Numbered from the stretch's first letter, positions 19,305-28,763 are shown. The stretch is DNA of 64,000 bases from an uncultured Thermoleophilia bacterium (GCA_963782615.1 CAWAKM010000007.1:1432-65431), one strand, 5' to 3'. Made by a program: numbers and translations. The notes: a model not told the origin generated them from the letters alone.

Positions 19305-20618
19305 GTGACGCCATCGCTTCGGACCCTTCCGTCCGTTGACCGGGTGCTTGCGGATCCGCGGCTTGCCGGCGCGTCGCGGGCGCTCGCGCTCCCGGCGGCG
19401 CGGACTGTGCTCGACCGTGCCCGTGACGAGATCCGGGCGGGCCGGGATCCGGGCGACGTCGTCGAGGCGACGCTTGCGGAGGTCGCGGCGGCGGGCAGGC
19501 CGTCGTTGCGGCGCGTGCTCAACGCAACCGGTGTGCTGATTCACACCAACCTCGGACGGGCTCCACTCGCGCAGTCGGCGCTCGACCGAGTCGTCGAGGT
19601 GGGCGGCGGCTACTCGAACCTCGAGTACGACCTCGACTCGGGCGTCCGGGGCTCGCGCCAGGATCATCTCGCCGGTCTGCTTTGCCGGATCACGGGCGCC
19701 GAGGCATCGCTCGTCGTCAACAACAACGCTGCGGCGGTGATGCTCGCCCTAGCCGCTCTCGCCGAAGGCCGTGAGGTGCTCGTCTCGCGTGGCGAGCTGA
19801 TCGAGATCGGTGACGGCTTCAGGATCCCGGACGTGCTCGCCCGCTCGGGAGCGCGACTGGTCGAGGTCGGCACGACCAACCGCACCCGGATCGCCGACTA
19901 CGAGCGCGCGATCGGGCCGGAGACCGCGGTCGTCCTGCGGGTTCACCAATCCAACTTCCGCGTCGTCGGCTTCACGGAGCAACCCGAGCTCTCCGAGCTC
20001 GCTCGGATGGCGAGACGAGCCGGGCTTCCTCTCGTCGACGATCTCGGCTCGGGCGCTCTCTCGGTGATCGGAGACGAGTCGACGGCCGCAGCGAGTCTCA
20101 CCGCGGGATCCGATCTCGCGTGCTTCTCGGGTGACAAGCTGCTGGGCGGCCCGCAGGCGGGGATCCTCGTCGGTCGTGCCGACTTGATCGACCGTCTGCG
20201 CCGGCACCCACTCCAACGCGCGCTGCGTGCGGACAAGCTGACGCTTGCGGCTCTCGAAGGCACACTCACTCTCGCCCTCGACCCCGAGCGCGCCCGCAGG
20301 GAGATCCCGGTGTTGCGGATGTTCGCCGAGTCGATCGCCGCCGTGAGGGAACGGGCCGAGCGCCTGGCGAGGCTGGTCGGCGGCGAGGTCGAGGAGACGG
20401 TCGCCCGTGTCGGCGGCGGAGCGCTTCCGCTGGCGGAGCTGCCGAGCTTTGCATGTGCCCTCGACGCGGTGTTGTTCGATTCTCTGCGAGCCGGCGATCC
20501 ACCCGTCGTCGGGATCGTTCGTGACGGCCTGCTGCTACTGGACGTTCGAGCTCTGGCAGACGGCGAGATCGACGAGGTGGCGCGCGCCGTCGCGAAGGCG
20601 CGCTCGCGAACGGGCTGA
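19305..20618 (+). CDS. selA: L-seryl-tRNA(Sec) selenium transferase
   Basis: VLNATGVLIHTNLGRA, VVNNNAAAV, VEVGTTNRT, FSGDKLLGGPQAG (PLP Lys); GTG start at 19305. Confidence 0.96.
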   Translation: MTPSLRTLPSVDRVLADPRLAGASRALALPAARTVLDRARDEIRAGRDPGDVVEATLAEVAAAGRPSLRRVLNATGVLIHTNLGRAPLAQSALDRVVEVGGGYSNLEYDLDSGVRGSRQDHLAGLLCRITGAEASLVVNNNAAAVMLALAALAEGREVLVSRGELIEIGDGFRIPDVLARSGARLVEVGTTNRTRIADYERAIGPETAVVLRVHQSNFRVVGFTEQPELSELARMARRAGLPLVDDLGSGALSVIGDESTAAASLTAGSDLACFSGDKLLGGPQAGILVGRADLIDRLRRHPLQRALRADKLTLAALEGTLTLALDPERARREIPVLRMFAESIAAVRERAERLARLVGGEVEETVARVGGGALPLAELPSFACALDAVLFDSLRAGDPPVVGIVRDGLLLLDVRALADGEIDEVARAVAKARSRTG

Positions 20619-20771
20619 GCACCCTCTTGTGTTGAATCGACACAAAGCCGGTGGATCTCGCGACCGTTCTCGGCGGAGGGCGACTTCTCGACTGGATCAG
20701 CGCCGGCGCTCGGCCAGTGTGCGTCAATCGGAGGCAGACGTTGCGACAGGAGCTCGTCTCGAATCAACACG

Positions 20772-22533
20772 ATGCCGGCGGGCCGCGGCGTGGCGCTGAC
20801 GGTCGGCACTGCCGGGCACATCGATCACGGCAAGACGGCCCTCGTGCGTGCGTTGACGGGCAGGGACACCGACCGACTGCCCGAGGAGCAGCGGCGCGGA
20901 ATCTCGATCGACCTCGGCTACGCCCCGCTCGAGCTGCCCGACGGGAGAAGCCTCTCGCTCATCGACGTCCCGGGCCACGAGCGATTCGTGCGCGCGATGG
21001 TGGCCGGCGCCACGGGAATCGACCTGTTCCTGCTCGTGATCGATGCATCCGAAGGCTCCCGTCCCCAGACGCACGAGCACCTAGCGATCCTGGGTCTCCT
21101 CGGTGTCGAGGCGGGAGTCGTTGCGGTGACGAAGTCCGACCTTGTCGACGAGGAGACGCTCGAGATCGCGCTCGAGGAGGGGCGCGAGCTCGTCCCAGGA
21201 GCCGAGGCAGTGGCCGTCAGCGCGAGGACAGGAGCGGGCCTCGACGCGCTGCGGGCGGCTCTCGCCCGGGTTGCCGACAGGGTGCCGGTGCGTGACGCGA
21301 ATGGGCCGGCGCGTCTCTACATCGATCGCGTGTTCACGCTCCGCGGCATCGGCACGGTCGTCACCGGAACGCTCTGGGCGGGGACGATCGCCGAGGGCGA
21401 CACGCTGAGTGTGGCGCCACGCGGCGGGGAGGTTCGCGTGCGCTCGGTGCAGGTGCACGACCAGGGGGTGCCACATGCAATCGCCGGCGAACGGGTCGCG
21501 CTCGGTCTGCCGGGCATCGACCGTCGCGAGCTGCACCGGGGAGACGCACTCGTGACCCCCGGCGCGTTTCCTGTTTCCTACCGACTCGACGTCGAGCTCG
21601 AGGAGCTCGTCCCGATCGAACAGCGACGGCGCGTGTCCGTGCATCACGGCACCGCGCGAATCCCGGGCGTGGTCGCCCGCGTCGGTGAGCGCACCGCACA
21701 ACTTCGGCTGTCGATGCCCGTCGTTGCGGCGCGTGGGGATCGCGTCGTCTTGCGGGGGGAGACCACCCTCGGCGGCGCTACCGTCCTCGATCCTGCTCCG
21801 CCGCGACGGCTCGAGCCGAAGCGGCTCGCACTCCTCGAAACCGGCGACCCTGCCTCGATCATCACGGCGACCGTGACGGCCCCCGTCACCGTCGAGGCCC
21901 TGGCCGCCCGAGCGCTGCTCACTCCAGCCGAGCTCGAGGAGGGGCTGCGCATCGTGCCTCGGGCCGGCAGCTGGATCTTCTCGCAGGAGTGGCTCGACGA
22001 GACGGCGAGCGTCGCGGTCGAGCGGCTCCGGGTCAGAGGTGAGGAGTCTCCGCTCGATCCCGGTCTCCCGCTTGGGGCGCTCCTCCCGGCTGAGCCGTGG
22101 GCGCACGCGATTCTGCCGCTGCTGCCGATCGAACGACGCGGAGGAATGGCATACCTTCCCGGCGTCGCCGCGTCGCTCGGTGCGCGGGCCGAGGCGGCAG
22201 ATGCGCTCTGTCAGCGAGCTCGAAGTAGCCGGGCTGGCGGCGGTGAAGGTGAGCGATGGTGAGCTCGGACGGTATCTGGAGACGGATGGCCGGCTCGTTC
22301 GGCTCGGGGATGGTTTCGTGGTTTCGGCCGATGCCTACCGGCGCGCGCGCGATCTCGTCGTGACCGAGTGCCGGGTGGCAGGCGAGATCGCCCTTGCCCG
22401 CTTTCGCGACCTCGCGGGCGTCGGTCGCCGCGATGCCCAGCTTCTGCTCGAGCGGCTCGACCAGGACGGCGTCACGCGCCGCCTCGGCGACCGGCGGGTC
22501 CTGCGTCGGGCCGGGCGCGACGAGCCGTCGTAG
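20772..22533 (+). CDS. selB: Sec-specific elongation factor SelB, with a +1 frameshift near 22209
   Basis: GTAGHIDHGKT, RGISID, DVPGHERF; the last winged-helix domains (RFRDLAGVGRRDAQLLLERLD) are in the +1 frame. Confidence 0.9.
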
Positions 22534-22569
22534 AGGCGAGACGGAGCGAGGCCTGCAGTCCTCTCAGCC

Positions 22570-23123
22570 TCACGGTCGCGGCCCCCACTCGGGCTCGTCG
22601 TCGATGCCCGACGGCCTCGGCGACGCGGTTGATGTAGTTGAAGTACGAGATCACCTGGATCGCATCATGGATCGCGGGATCGTCCCAGCCGTGTGCCCGG
22701 AGAACGCTTACATCCGCCGGTTCCGACGGTTGCCGGAGCCGCGGTCAGCTTGACGGCGAAGTCGCACAGAGCGCGCAGACGAGGCTCGAGATCTGCCTGC
22801 CGGTAGTCGTGTGCCGCGTGTTGCGCGAGCTCCTCGTCTGCGCCCTCTGCACGGAGGTCGTTTGCGTGCGAGATCGTTCAGTAGTAACAGTCGTTGTGCC
22901 GCGAGGTGACGGTGGCGAGCAATTCCCGCTCCGCACGGGTCAGTCCTGACGGCCCGAACATGATCGCCTTGTACATCTCCATCGACCGCTTCAGGACGCC
23001 CGGACGAAGGCTCATCGCCTTGACGATGTTGAAGACCTTGCCCGCACGCGCGATGGCGGCGTCGTACTCCTCTTTCAGCGGTCCCGAGGCGTCGTCCGGC
23101 TCGATCAAGCGGATGTGCGCCAT
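22570..23123 (-). CDS. AhpD/CMD-family peroxidase-like selenoprotein (CYYU), two apparent 1-nt insertions
   Basis: RELLATVTSRHNDCYY-TGA-TISHANDLR reads on in frame; C-terminal AIQVISYFNYINRVAEAVG recovered after removing extra bases at ~22721 and ~22608, giving 183 aa. Confidence 0.8.
22833..22872 (-). promoter_or_regulatory. Candidate bacterial SECIS hairpin
   Basis: CGACCUC-CGUGCA-GAGGGCG upper stem-loop, loop starts 25 nt after UGA with G in position 2; CUCG/CGAG lower stem. Confidence 0.55.
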
Positions 23124-23231
23124 CGCGCGATCCTAACCGGCCGTCGCGGATTCGAGGTCGTCGTCTGCGGGCCGTCGTCCGTCCTGGCCGTCATTGTGGC
23201 AGTACCTACGTCCCCTGCAGAGAGGCACGTC

Positions 23232-23579
23232 GTGAGCGGCATCGCTTGGCTTATCTATCTGGCGATCATCGTCGCCGTCATTGCCGCGTGGTGGATGGTC
23301 TTCACCAAGGCGGGCGAGGCGGGCTGGAAGTCGATCATCCCCATCTACAACCTCATCGTGCTGATGAAGATCGTCGGCCGTGAGTGGTGGTGGGTGATTC
23401 TCCTGATCATCCCGATCGTCGGCTTCATCGTCTGGATCATCGTGGCCCTGGACCTCGCCAAGAGCTTCGGTCGCGGCACGGGATTCGGCATCGGGCTTGC
23501 CTTCCTGACACCGATCTTCGGGCTCATCCTCGGGTTCGGCAGCGACACCTATAGAAAGGCTGCTGCGGCGCCCGCCTAG
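23232..23579 (+). CDS. DUF5684-like small membrane protein
   Basis: WMVFTKAGEAGWKSIIPIYN, LAKSFGRGTGFGIGL; GTG start after AGAGG. Confidence 0.8.
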   Translation: MSGIAWLIYLAIIVAVIAAWWMVFTKAGEAGWKSIIPIYNLIVLMKIVGREWWWVILLIIPIVGFIVWIIVALDLAKSFGRGTGFGIGLAFLTPIFGLILGFGSDTYRKAAAAPA

Positions 23580-23623
23580 GGCTGTGGTCGGGAGAGCCCC
23601 CGGAGGGCGCGACCGCGTGGGAG

Positions 23624-23663
23624 CAGGTCCGAGGACGGGCACGGGAGCGCGTCCTCGGACCTG
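23624..23663. terminator. 14-bp inverted repeat between convergent genes
   Basis: CAGGTCCGAGGACG / CGTCCTCGGACCTG. Confidence 0.5.
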
Positions 23664-23701
23664 GGCATTGGACCGACCTACGCGGTCGGAGCACTGGTGG
23701 T

Positions 23702-23974
23702 CTACTCGCCGCCCGAATCGGGATCCGGGTCGGGCAGAGGAGCAACAAAGAACGTTCCGCCTCGAAGTGCGAAGATGATGCAGCTGAGCCGGCCAGGGAA
23801 CGACTGCTGGCTGCTCGGCTTCAGGGTATGCCAACCCCGAAGGCACTTGGCAGCGTTTCTCAGGTTGTCGCCCGGTGCCGCTGTCGCGCTGTTCGCGCCG
23901 ACGAGGCCGACGACGAGAGTGAGGACGGTTACGAGACCGAGCTTGGCTCGACCTCGAGTGTGGTGCAACCGCAT
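23702..23974 (-). CDS. Small secreted two-Cys protein
   Basis: RBS GAAGGGGG, signal peptide ending ATA-A, AAKCLRGWHTL...FPGRLSCIIFALRGG. Confidence 0.65.
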   Translation of the reverse strand: MRLHHTRGRAKLGLVTVLTLVVGLVGANSATAAPGDNLRNAAKCLRGWHTLKPSSQQSFPGRLSCIIFALRGGTFFVAPLPDPDPDSGGE

Positions 23975-24111
23975 ATGGAGCCCCCTTCATAGCGTGGAAC
24001 CGACGACCTCCATATCGGCTCTCCGGGCTTCCTGGGCGATGACACGGTCGAGGGACGTGTGCGGAGGAGTTGCCCACACCTCGGACCCGGGAGAACGGTA
24101 GCCTCCTCCGC

Positions 24112-24204
24112 GGAGCGGCACGGGCCCGGTGGCCCAGCAGGTCTTCAAAACCTGTGCGGTGTGGTAACCCCACGCTCGGTCGGTTCGACTCCGGCGCCGC
24201 TCCG
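24112..24204 (+). tRNA. selC: tRNA-Sec(TCA)
   Basis: 8-bp acceptor GGAGCGGC/GCCGCTCC, GCAGGT-CTTCAAA-ACCTGT anticodon arm, long variable arm, GGTTCGACTCC, G discriminator. Confidence 0.95.
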
Positions 24205-24314
24205 TCAAGCCGTTTTTGGCCTGTTGAAGCCGTTTTTCGGCTACCAGATCGATGCTTAGCCTGCCTCCGGTTCGTCCGCTCAGATCCGCTGGAATCCGCT
24301 GGTTTCTGGCCCGC

Positions 24315-24338
24315 ACTGGACCGCAGACTGGACCGCAG
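24315..24338 (+). repeat. Tandem 12-mer ACTGGACCGCAG x2 (arm-type-site-like)
   Basis: Perfect tandem copies 24315-24326 and 24327-24338, with a degenerate CTGGCCCGC just before. Confidence 0.6.
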
Positions 24339-24491
24339 CGTAAAAAGACAGGAATCACTGCGGGCCGCTTGAGCAGTCCACCCCGAGGCCGCCGCGCCAG
24401 TGTCCGCGGAATGTCACCCGAGCGGACGCTCTGCCTAAAAGGCTTTCGAGTCGCTCGGCTAAACGAACCTGCCAGGCTGCGCATCTAAGTA

Positions 24492-24989
24492 GTGATGACG
24501 CCGCAGCACGAACTGGCTGAGACGGGCTCGATCGGCGACATCGAGACGATCTACCGCGAGCAATACTCGCGATACCTTCGCTTCGCCGTCGCCAACCTTG
24601 GCGACGTCGAGCGCGGCCGCGATGCAGTCCACGAAGCCTTCGTAAGCGCGATCAAGTCAGTCGGCGACTTTCGCGGCCAGGCACGCCTCGAATCGTGGCT
24701 GTGGCGGATTCTCTTGAACGTGTGCATTGCCGAGAAGAGACGTCGAGTCGTGCCGATCGAGGACGCGCGCCTTCAGGCCGACTTCGAAGACCCCGAATGG
24801 CCCGAGATCCGCGCCGCGATCGCCTCTCTTCCGGAGAGGCAGAGGACGGTTCTCTTTCTTCGTCACTACGCCGACCTCGACTACGAGCAGATCGGCGCCG
24901 TACTCGGCATCGCCCGGGGAACAGTGGCGGCAACCCTGAACACAGCCCACACAAGGCTACGGGCCGTACTTGGAGAGGTGAAGAGGTGA
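24492..24989 (+). CDS. ECF sigma factor
   Basis: DAVHEAF, WLWRILLN (region 2); LPERQRTVLFLRHYADLDYEQIGAVLGIARGTV (region 4). Confidence 0.9.
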   Translation: MMTPQHELAETGSIGDIETIYREQYSRYLRFAVANLGDVERGRDAVHEAFVSAIKSVGDFRGQARLESWLWRILLNVCIAEKRRRVVPIEDARLQADFEDPEWPEIRAAIASLPERQRTVLFLRHYADLDYEQIGAVLGIARGTVAATLNTAHTRLRAVLGEVKR

Positions 24990-26260
24990 GTGACTACCTG
25001 ACCTGCGTCCTAGACGAGCTCGTCCCGACCTTCGCCGACGAGGGTGGCGACTGGGAACGCGTCGTCTCCGACGCTGGTGCCGAGCCTCCGACGACGACCG
25101 CGCAGCGGTCGCGCGTCGACACGGCCGCATCATCCGTGGCGCCCCGTCGAAGACATGGCCGGTGGGCGACGCGGTGGCTCACCCGTCCTCGGCTCGTCGC
25201 CATCGCCGTCACCGCTCTGCTAGCCGTGCTCCTCGTCACACCGGCGCTCGGTCTCGGTGATCGCCTCCTGAGTCTGATCCGGAGCACGCCCACCCCGCTC
25301 GACGTGCAGACACCTGCGTGGTCGCCCGACGGACGGAAGCTCGCGTTCGTGAGCCGACGCGACGGCAACTCGGAGATCTACGTGATCAACACTGACGGCA
25401 GCGGGCAGGAGAACCTGACCCAGCACCCGGCGAGGGACAGCCATCCGAGCTGGTCGCGCGACGGACGGAAGCTCGCCTTCGTCAGCCGACGCGACGGCAA
25501 CTCCGAGATCTACGTGATGAACGCCGACGGGAGCGGGCTGCGCAACGTGACACGGGCTCCGTCGAACGATCTCCGTCCGGCCTGGTCGCCTGATGGGCGT
25601 GCGATTGCGTTTGTCAAGATGATCCTGAAGAAGTGCCCGCGCCCACGCGACAAGACTCCGTGCAACAACGACGTCTACGAGCCGAACCTCTATGTCGTGA
25701 ACGGCGACGGGAGCGGGCTGCGGCGACTGACAACACAGTGGGCGTCTCTGGTCAATCCAAGCTGGTCGGCGGACGGGAAGACGATCCGGTTCGGGCGTTA
25801 TCTCGTGCAGGCCGACGGCAGCGGGCAGACAGAGCTGCCTAGGAACGTCCCGTTCGCAGGAGCGTGGTCGCCCGACGGGCAGCGGATCGCCGTCGTGTCG
25901 TTCCCCCACAGCCCCCGGGACCCAACCGTCCCCGGACTTTGGGTCATGAACGCCGACGGAAGCAACCGTCGGCAGCTGACGCGCTACGCCGTCGGGACCG
26001 ATCCCGCGTGGTCCCCGGACGGTCGCCGGATCGCCTTCCGAAGGTTCGACCGCCGGACGTCGGCGGGGAACTCAGACCTCTTTGTCGTGAACGCCGACGG
26101 GAGCGGGCTGCGACGGCTGACACACCATACGGAGAACGTGCAGCGTTGGTTCGCGTGGTCACCCGACGGGCGCACGATCGCCTTCCTGCACAACCGGGAG
26201 GTGTACATCGTGAAAGCCGACGGAAGCGATGAACGGAGGCTCACGCAGCTCAACGACTAG
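24986..26260 (+). CDS. Membrane-anchored TolB-like (PD40 repeat) beta-propeller, probable ECF partner
   Basis: GTG overlaps the sigma stop; short cytoplasmic N-terminus, one TM, repeated PAWSPDGRKLAFVS..DGNSEIYV.N.DGS. Confidence 0.85.
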   Translation: MSDYLTCVLDELVPTFADEGGDWERVVSDAGAEPPTTTAQRSRVDTAASSVAPRRRHGRWATRWLTRPRLVAIAVTALLAVLLVTPALGLGDRLLSLIRSTPTPLDVQTPAWSPDGRKLAFVSRRDGNSEIYVINTDGSGQENLTQHPARDSHPSWSRDGRKLAFVSRRDGNSEIYVMNADGSGLRNVTRAPSNDLRPAWSPDGRAIAFVKMILKKCPRPRDKTPCNNDVYEPNLYVVNGDGSGLRRLTTQWASLVNPSWSADGKTIRFGRYLVQADGSGQTELPRNVPFAGAWSPDGQRIAVVSFPHSPRDPTVPGLWVMNADGSNRRQLTRYAVGTDPAWSPDGRRIAFRRFDRRTSAGNSDLFVVNADGSGLRRLTHHTENVQRWFAWSPDGRTIAFLHNREVYIVKADGSDERRLTQLND

Positions 26261-26483
26261 TTGAGGGCGAAGCAACCCAGCGGGGTGGGCCAGGCAACAG
26301 CCGTGAGGGCGGGAAACCTCCTGTTGCCACTTGCTACACGTAGTCAACCGGTGACATCGGGCGCGGGGCCCTGCTCGCCTGCGCCAGACCGTATGGAGTG
26401 CCCGGCGCCTCTCTCGTAAGTTGGCGCGGGTTGCCGTCGGGATGGGCCCGGCGGTAGAGCCGCAATTACGGGAGGCGCCGGTT

Positions 26484-27555
26484 ATGAGCGAAGGTAGCTG
26501 GGTCGGGCTTGATGTGCACGCGCGGTCGGTGGTGGCGGGCGTGATCGATGTGGGGAGTGGTGAGGTGCGGTCGCTGCGGGTGCCGGCCGGGTCTGACGCC
26601 ACGGTGGCGTGGTTGAAGACGCTGTCGGCGCCGGTTCGGGTCGTGTATGAGGCGGGGCCGACTGGGTACGGGCTTGCGCGTGCGTGTGCCCGGGCGGGGA
26701 TCAGCTGTGTTGTCGCGGCTCCGTCGCGGATCCGGCCGGCGGCCGATCGGGTCAAGACCGACCGGCGGGACGCTGAGCGGCTAGCGAGGCTGCTTCGGTT
26801 GGGTGAGGTCACTCCGGTGCGGGTGCCGGGGCCGGAGGAGGAGGCCGCGCGTGATCTGGTCAGGGCGCGGGAGGATGCCCGTGGCGATCTGATGCGGGCT
26901 CGGCACCGGCTCTCGAAGCTGCTGCTTCGTCATGGCGCGGTGTACGACGCGACCGCGTGGACGCGGGCGCACGACGCGTGGCTTCGCCAGCAGCGGTTCC
27001 AGAGCGGCCCGCTCGCGATCGTGTTCGACGAGTGCTACGGCCGCATGGTCGACGCGAAGGCCAGGAGGGACGCGCTCGACGTGGCGATCTCCGAGCTCGC
27101 CGCGAGTGAGCCGTACGTTGGTGTCGTCGAGCGGCTCGTCTGTCTCCGCGGTGTCTCCACGCTGACGGCGTTCGCGTTGACCGTTGAGCTCGGCGACTGG
27201 AACCGGTTTCGCCCCGAGTCGCTCGGCCCGTTCCTCGGCCTCACCCCGAGCGAGAACTCAAGCGGGGAGCGGCGCCGTCAAGGCGCGATCACCAAGACCG
27301 GCAACGCGACATGCACGTCGGCTCCTGGTCGAGGCCGCCTGGCACCACCGCCGCCCGTCGCGCTTGAGCGTCACGCTGGAACGCAGACGCACAGGCAAGT
27401 CCCTCGCCGTACGAGCCCAAGCGGACCGCAGCGCCCGCCGGCTCCACGGACGCTGGCACGCGCTCGAGGCCCGAGGCAAGCCCCGCTCGATCGTCGTGGT
27501 CGCGGTCGCCCGCGAGCTCGCCGGTCACTGCTGGGCGCTCGCGACGATGGAGTAG
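26484..27555 (+). CDS. IS110-family DEDD recombinase/transposase, +1 frameshift near 27310
   Basis: GLDVH, YEAGPTG, KTDRRDA, GLTPSENSSG...ITKTGN; HARRLLVEAAW and VAVARELAG are in the next frame. Confidence 0.88.
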
Positions 27556-27604
27556 GTCGCACCAGCAACGGCTCGGCGAGGAGAGCGCACCGGCGCAACG
27601 ACGC

Positions 27605-27730
27605 GAGGAGCGACCCGAGAGAACACTGGGAGCAGCCCCATCGGCGGCCACGCTCGACGCCAGAGATCGGCACCGCTCCTCATCTCGCATACCCGGTCAT
27701 GCGGCACCAACCCGCGCATATGAGTCGCGA
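27605..27730 (+). ncRNA. Candidate bridge/seek RNA of the IS (two internal guide loops)
   Basis: Stem GAGGAGCG/CGCTCCTC encloses the target-matching guides; a TCGC/GCGA stem encloses the donor-matching guides (see findings); true RNA ends unknown. Confidence 0.7.
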
Positions 27731-27977
27731 CACAGACGTCGACGACAGCCGGTGCGCACTCCCCGCCGAGACCCGAACCCCGCAAAACAGCGAGGTGAAC
27801 AACCCCTGCCCAGTTGACAGGCCGCACTCCATATGAGAGTTCGGGAATGTCACCCGAGCGCCAAGTGAGCCTCCTTGTAACAGACTGTTACAAGGACTCC
27901 CCTCGCCGCTGGCCGAGATCGGGAACGCTCGTCTGCCCGAGCGTGCGGGAATGCCCCTGCGCGACCGGCTGCCGCCG

Positions 27978-28265
27978 CTAGCGCGTCAGCGACCCGACGT
28001 CGTCGAGGTAGTCCATCGAAACGGACGCCAGGTCGACACCGTCACGCACCATCGCCTCTTCCATCGCCGGATTCGTGGCGTCCGCCTCCGCCACCTCGCG
28101 GGAGTCGTACGTCTCTGCGAGAACAACGACGTTCGGATCGTCCTGCCCGCGCCAGATGCGCGCGGAACGTACGTGACTTCCCAGCGGCGAGGCGAAGAAC
28201 TGCTCATAGCTTTGCCGCCACGACTCATAATCGGCTACCCGGCAGCGAACAAGAATGGTCGTCAT
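27978..28265 (-). CDS. Small dimeric alpha-beta-barrel (cyclase/ABM-like) protein
   Basis: MTTILVRCRVADYESWR, IWRGQDDPNVVVL, AMEEAM..GV pattern; RBS GAGGAGG. Confidence 0.7.
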   Translation of the reverse strand: MTTILVRCRVADYESWRQSYEQFFASPLGSHVRSARIWRGQDDPNVVVLAETYDSREVAEADATNPAMEEAMVRDGVDLASVSMDYLDDVGSLTR

Positions 28266-28763
28266 GTCGCCTCCTCGACTAGGTTCGCGACACCATACGA
28301 CGGAGCGAATGGCGACACAAGCGCCGCCTGCGCGAGCGTACTTACACCCGATCGGCGAGGTTCGGTGATTCCTGATCGAGGAAGCCCGTCAGACGGAGGA
28401 CACGACGGAGGATCGCCGTATCCTGGATCTTCGGCGGTAGGCGGCTCTCGATCGCCGTGCGTTCAGCCCACTCCCGTACCTGTTGGCGCAAGTTCTCGTC
28501 TACAGCCGTGTCTCTTATGTTGACCTAGAGTGGCTTGTGTTACGCCGCGTCGCGTTTCCGTTGCTCGCGGTAGCTCCTGATCAGCGCGAGTGATCTCGGG
28601 CCGTAGCGGTAGGTGATGGAGCCGCCTGCTCCTGGCTGGCGTTCGATTGCGATGAAGCCATTGCGTTGGAGATGGGCAAGGTCGGATTCGCGGAACATGA
28701 TGTCGGCGTCCTGAGCGGCGCGTTAGGGGGCGTGGGGGCGTCGAAGCTTGACAAGTCTGAGCA

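Larger units (their letters stand above)
26388..27837 (+). mobile_element. IS110-superfamily (IS1111-type) insertion sequence
   Basis: Subterminal IRs TATGGAGTGC (26392-26401) / GCACTCCATA (27824-27833); AG core at 26386-26387 and 27836-27837; ~280-nt noncoding right end; outward TTGACA at 27814. Confidence 0.85.

Noticed and set aside
25300-26230. DNA repeats in the TolB-like gene as mobile or regulatory repeats
   Set aside because: Explained by PD40 beta-propeller blades
22200-27320. Programmed ribosomal frameshifting in selB or the IS110 transposase
   Set aside because: No slippery heptamer or stimulatory signal at either site; simple insertions explain both
28540-28723. Minus-strand ~60-codon stretch resembling a winged-helix C-terminus
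   Set aside because: Preceded by an in-frame stop, no start or RBS, and no recognisable family; too weak to call
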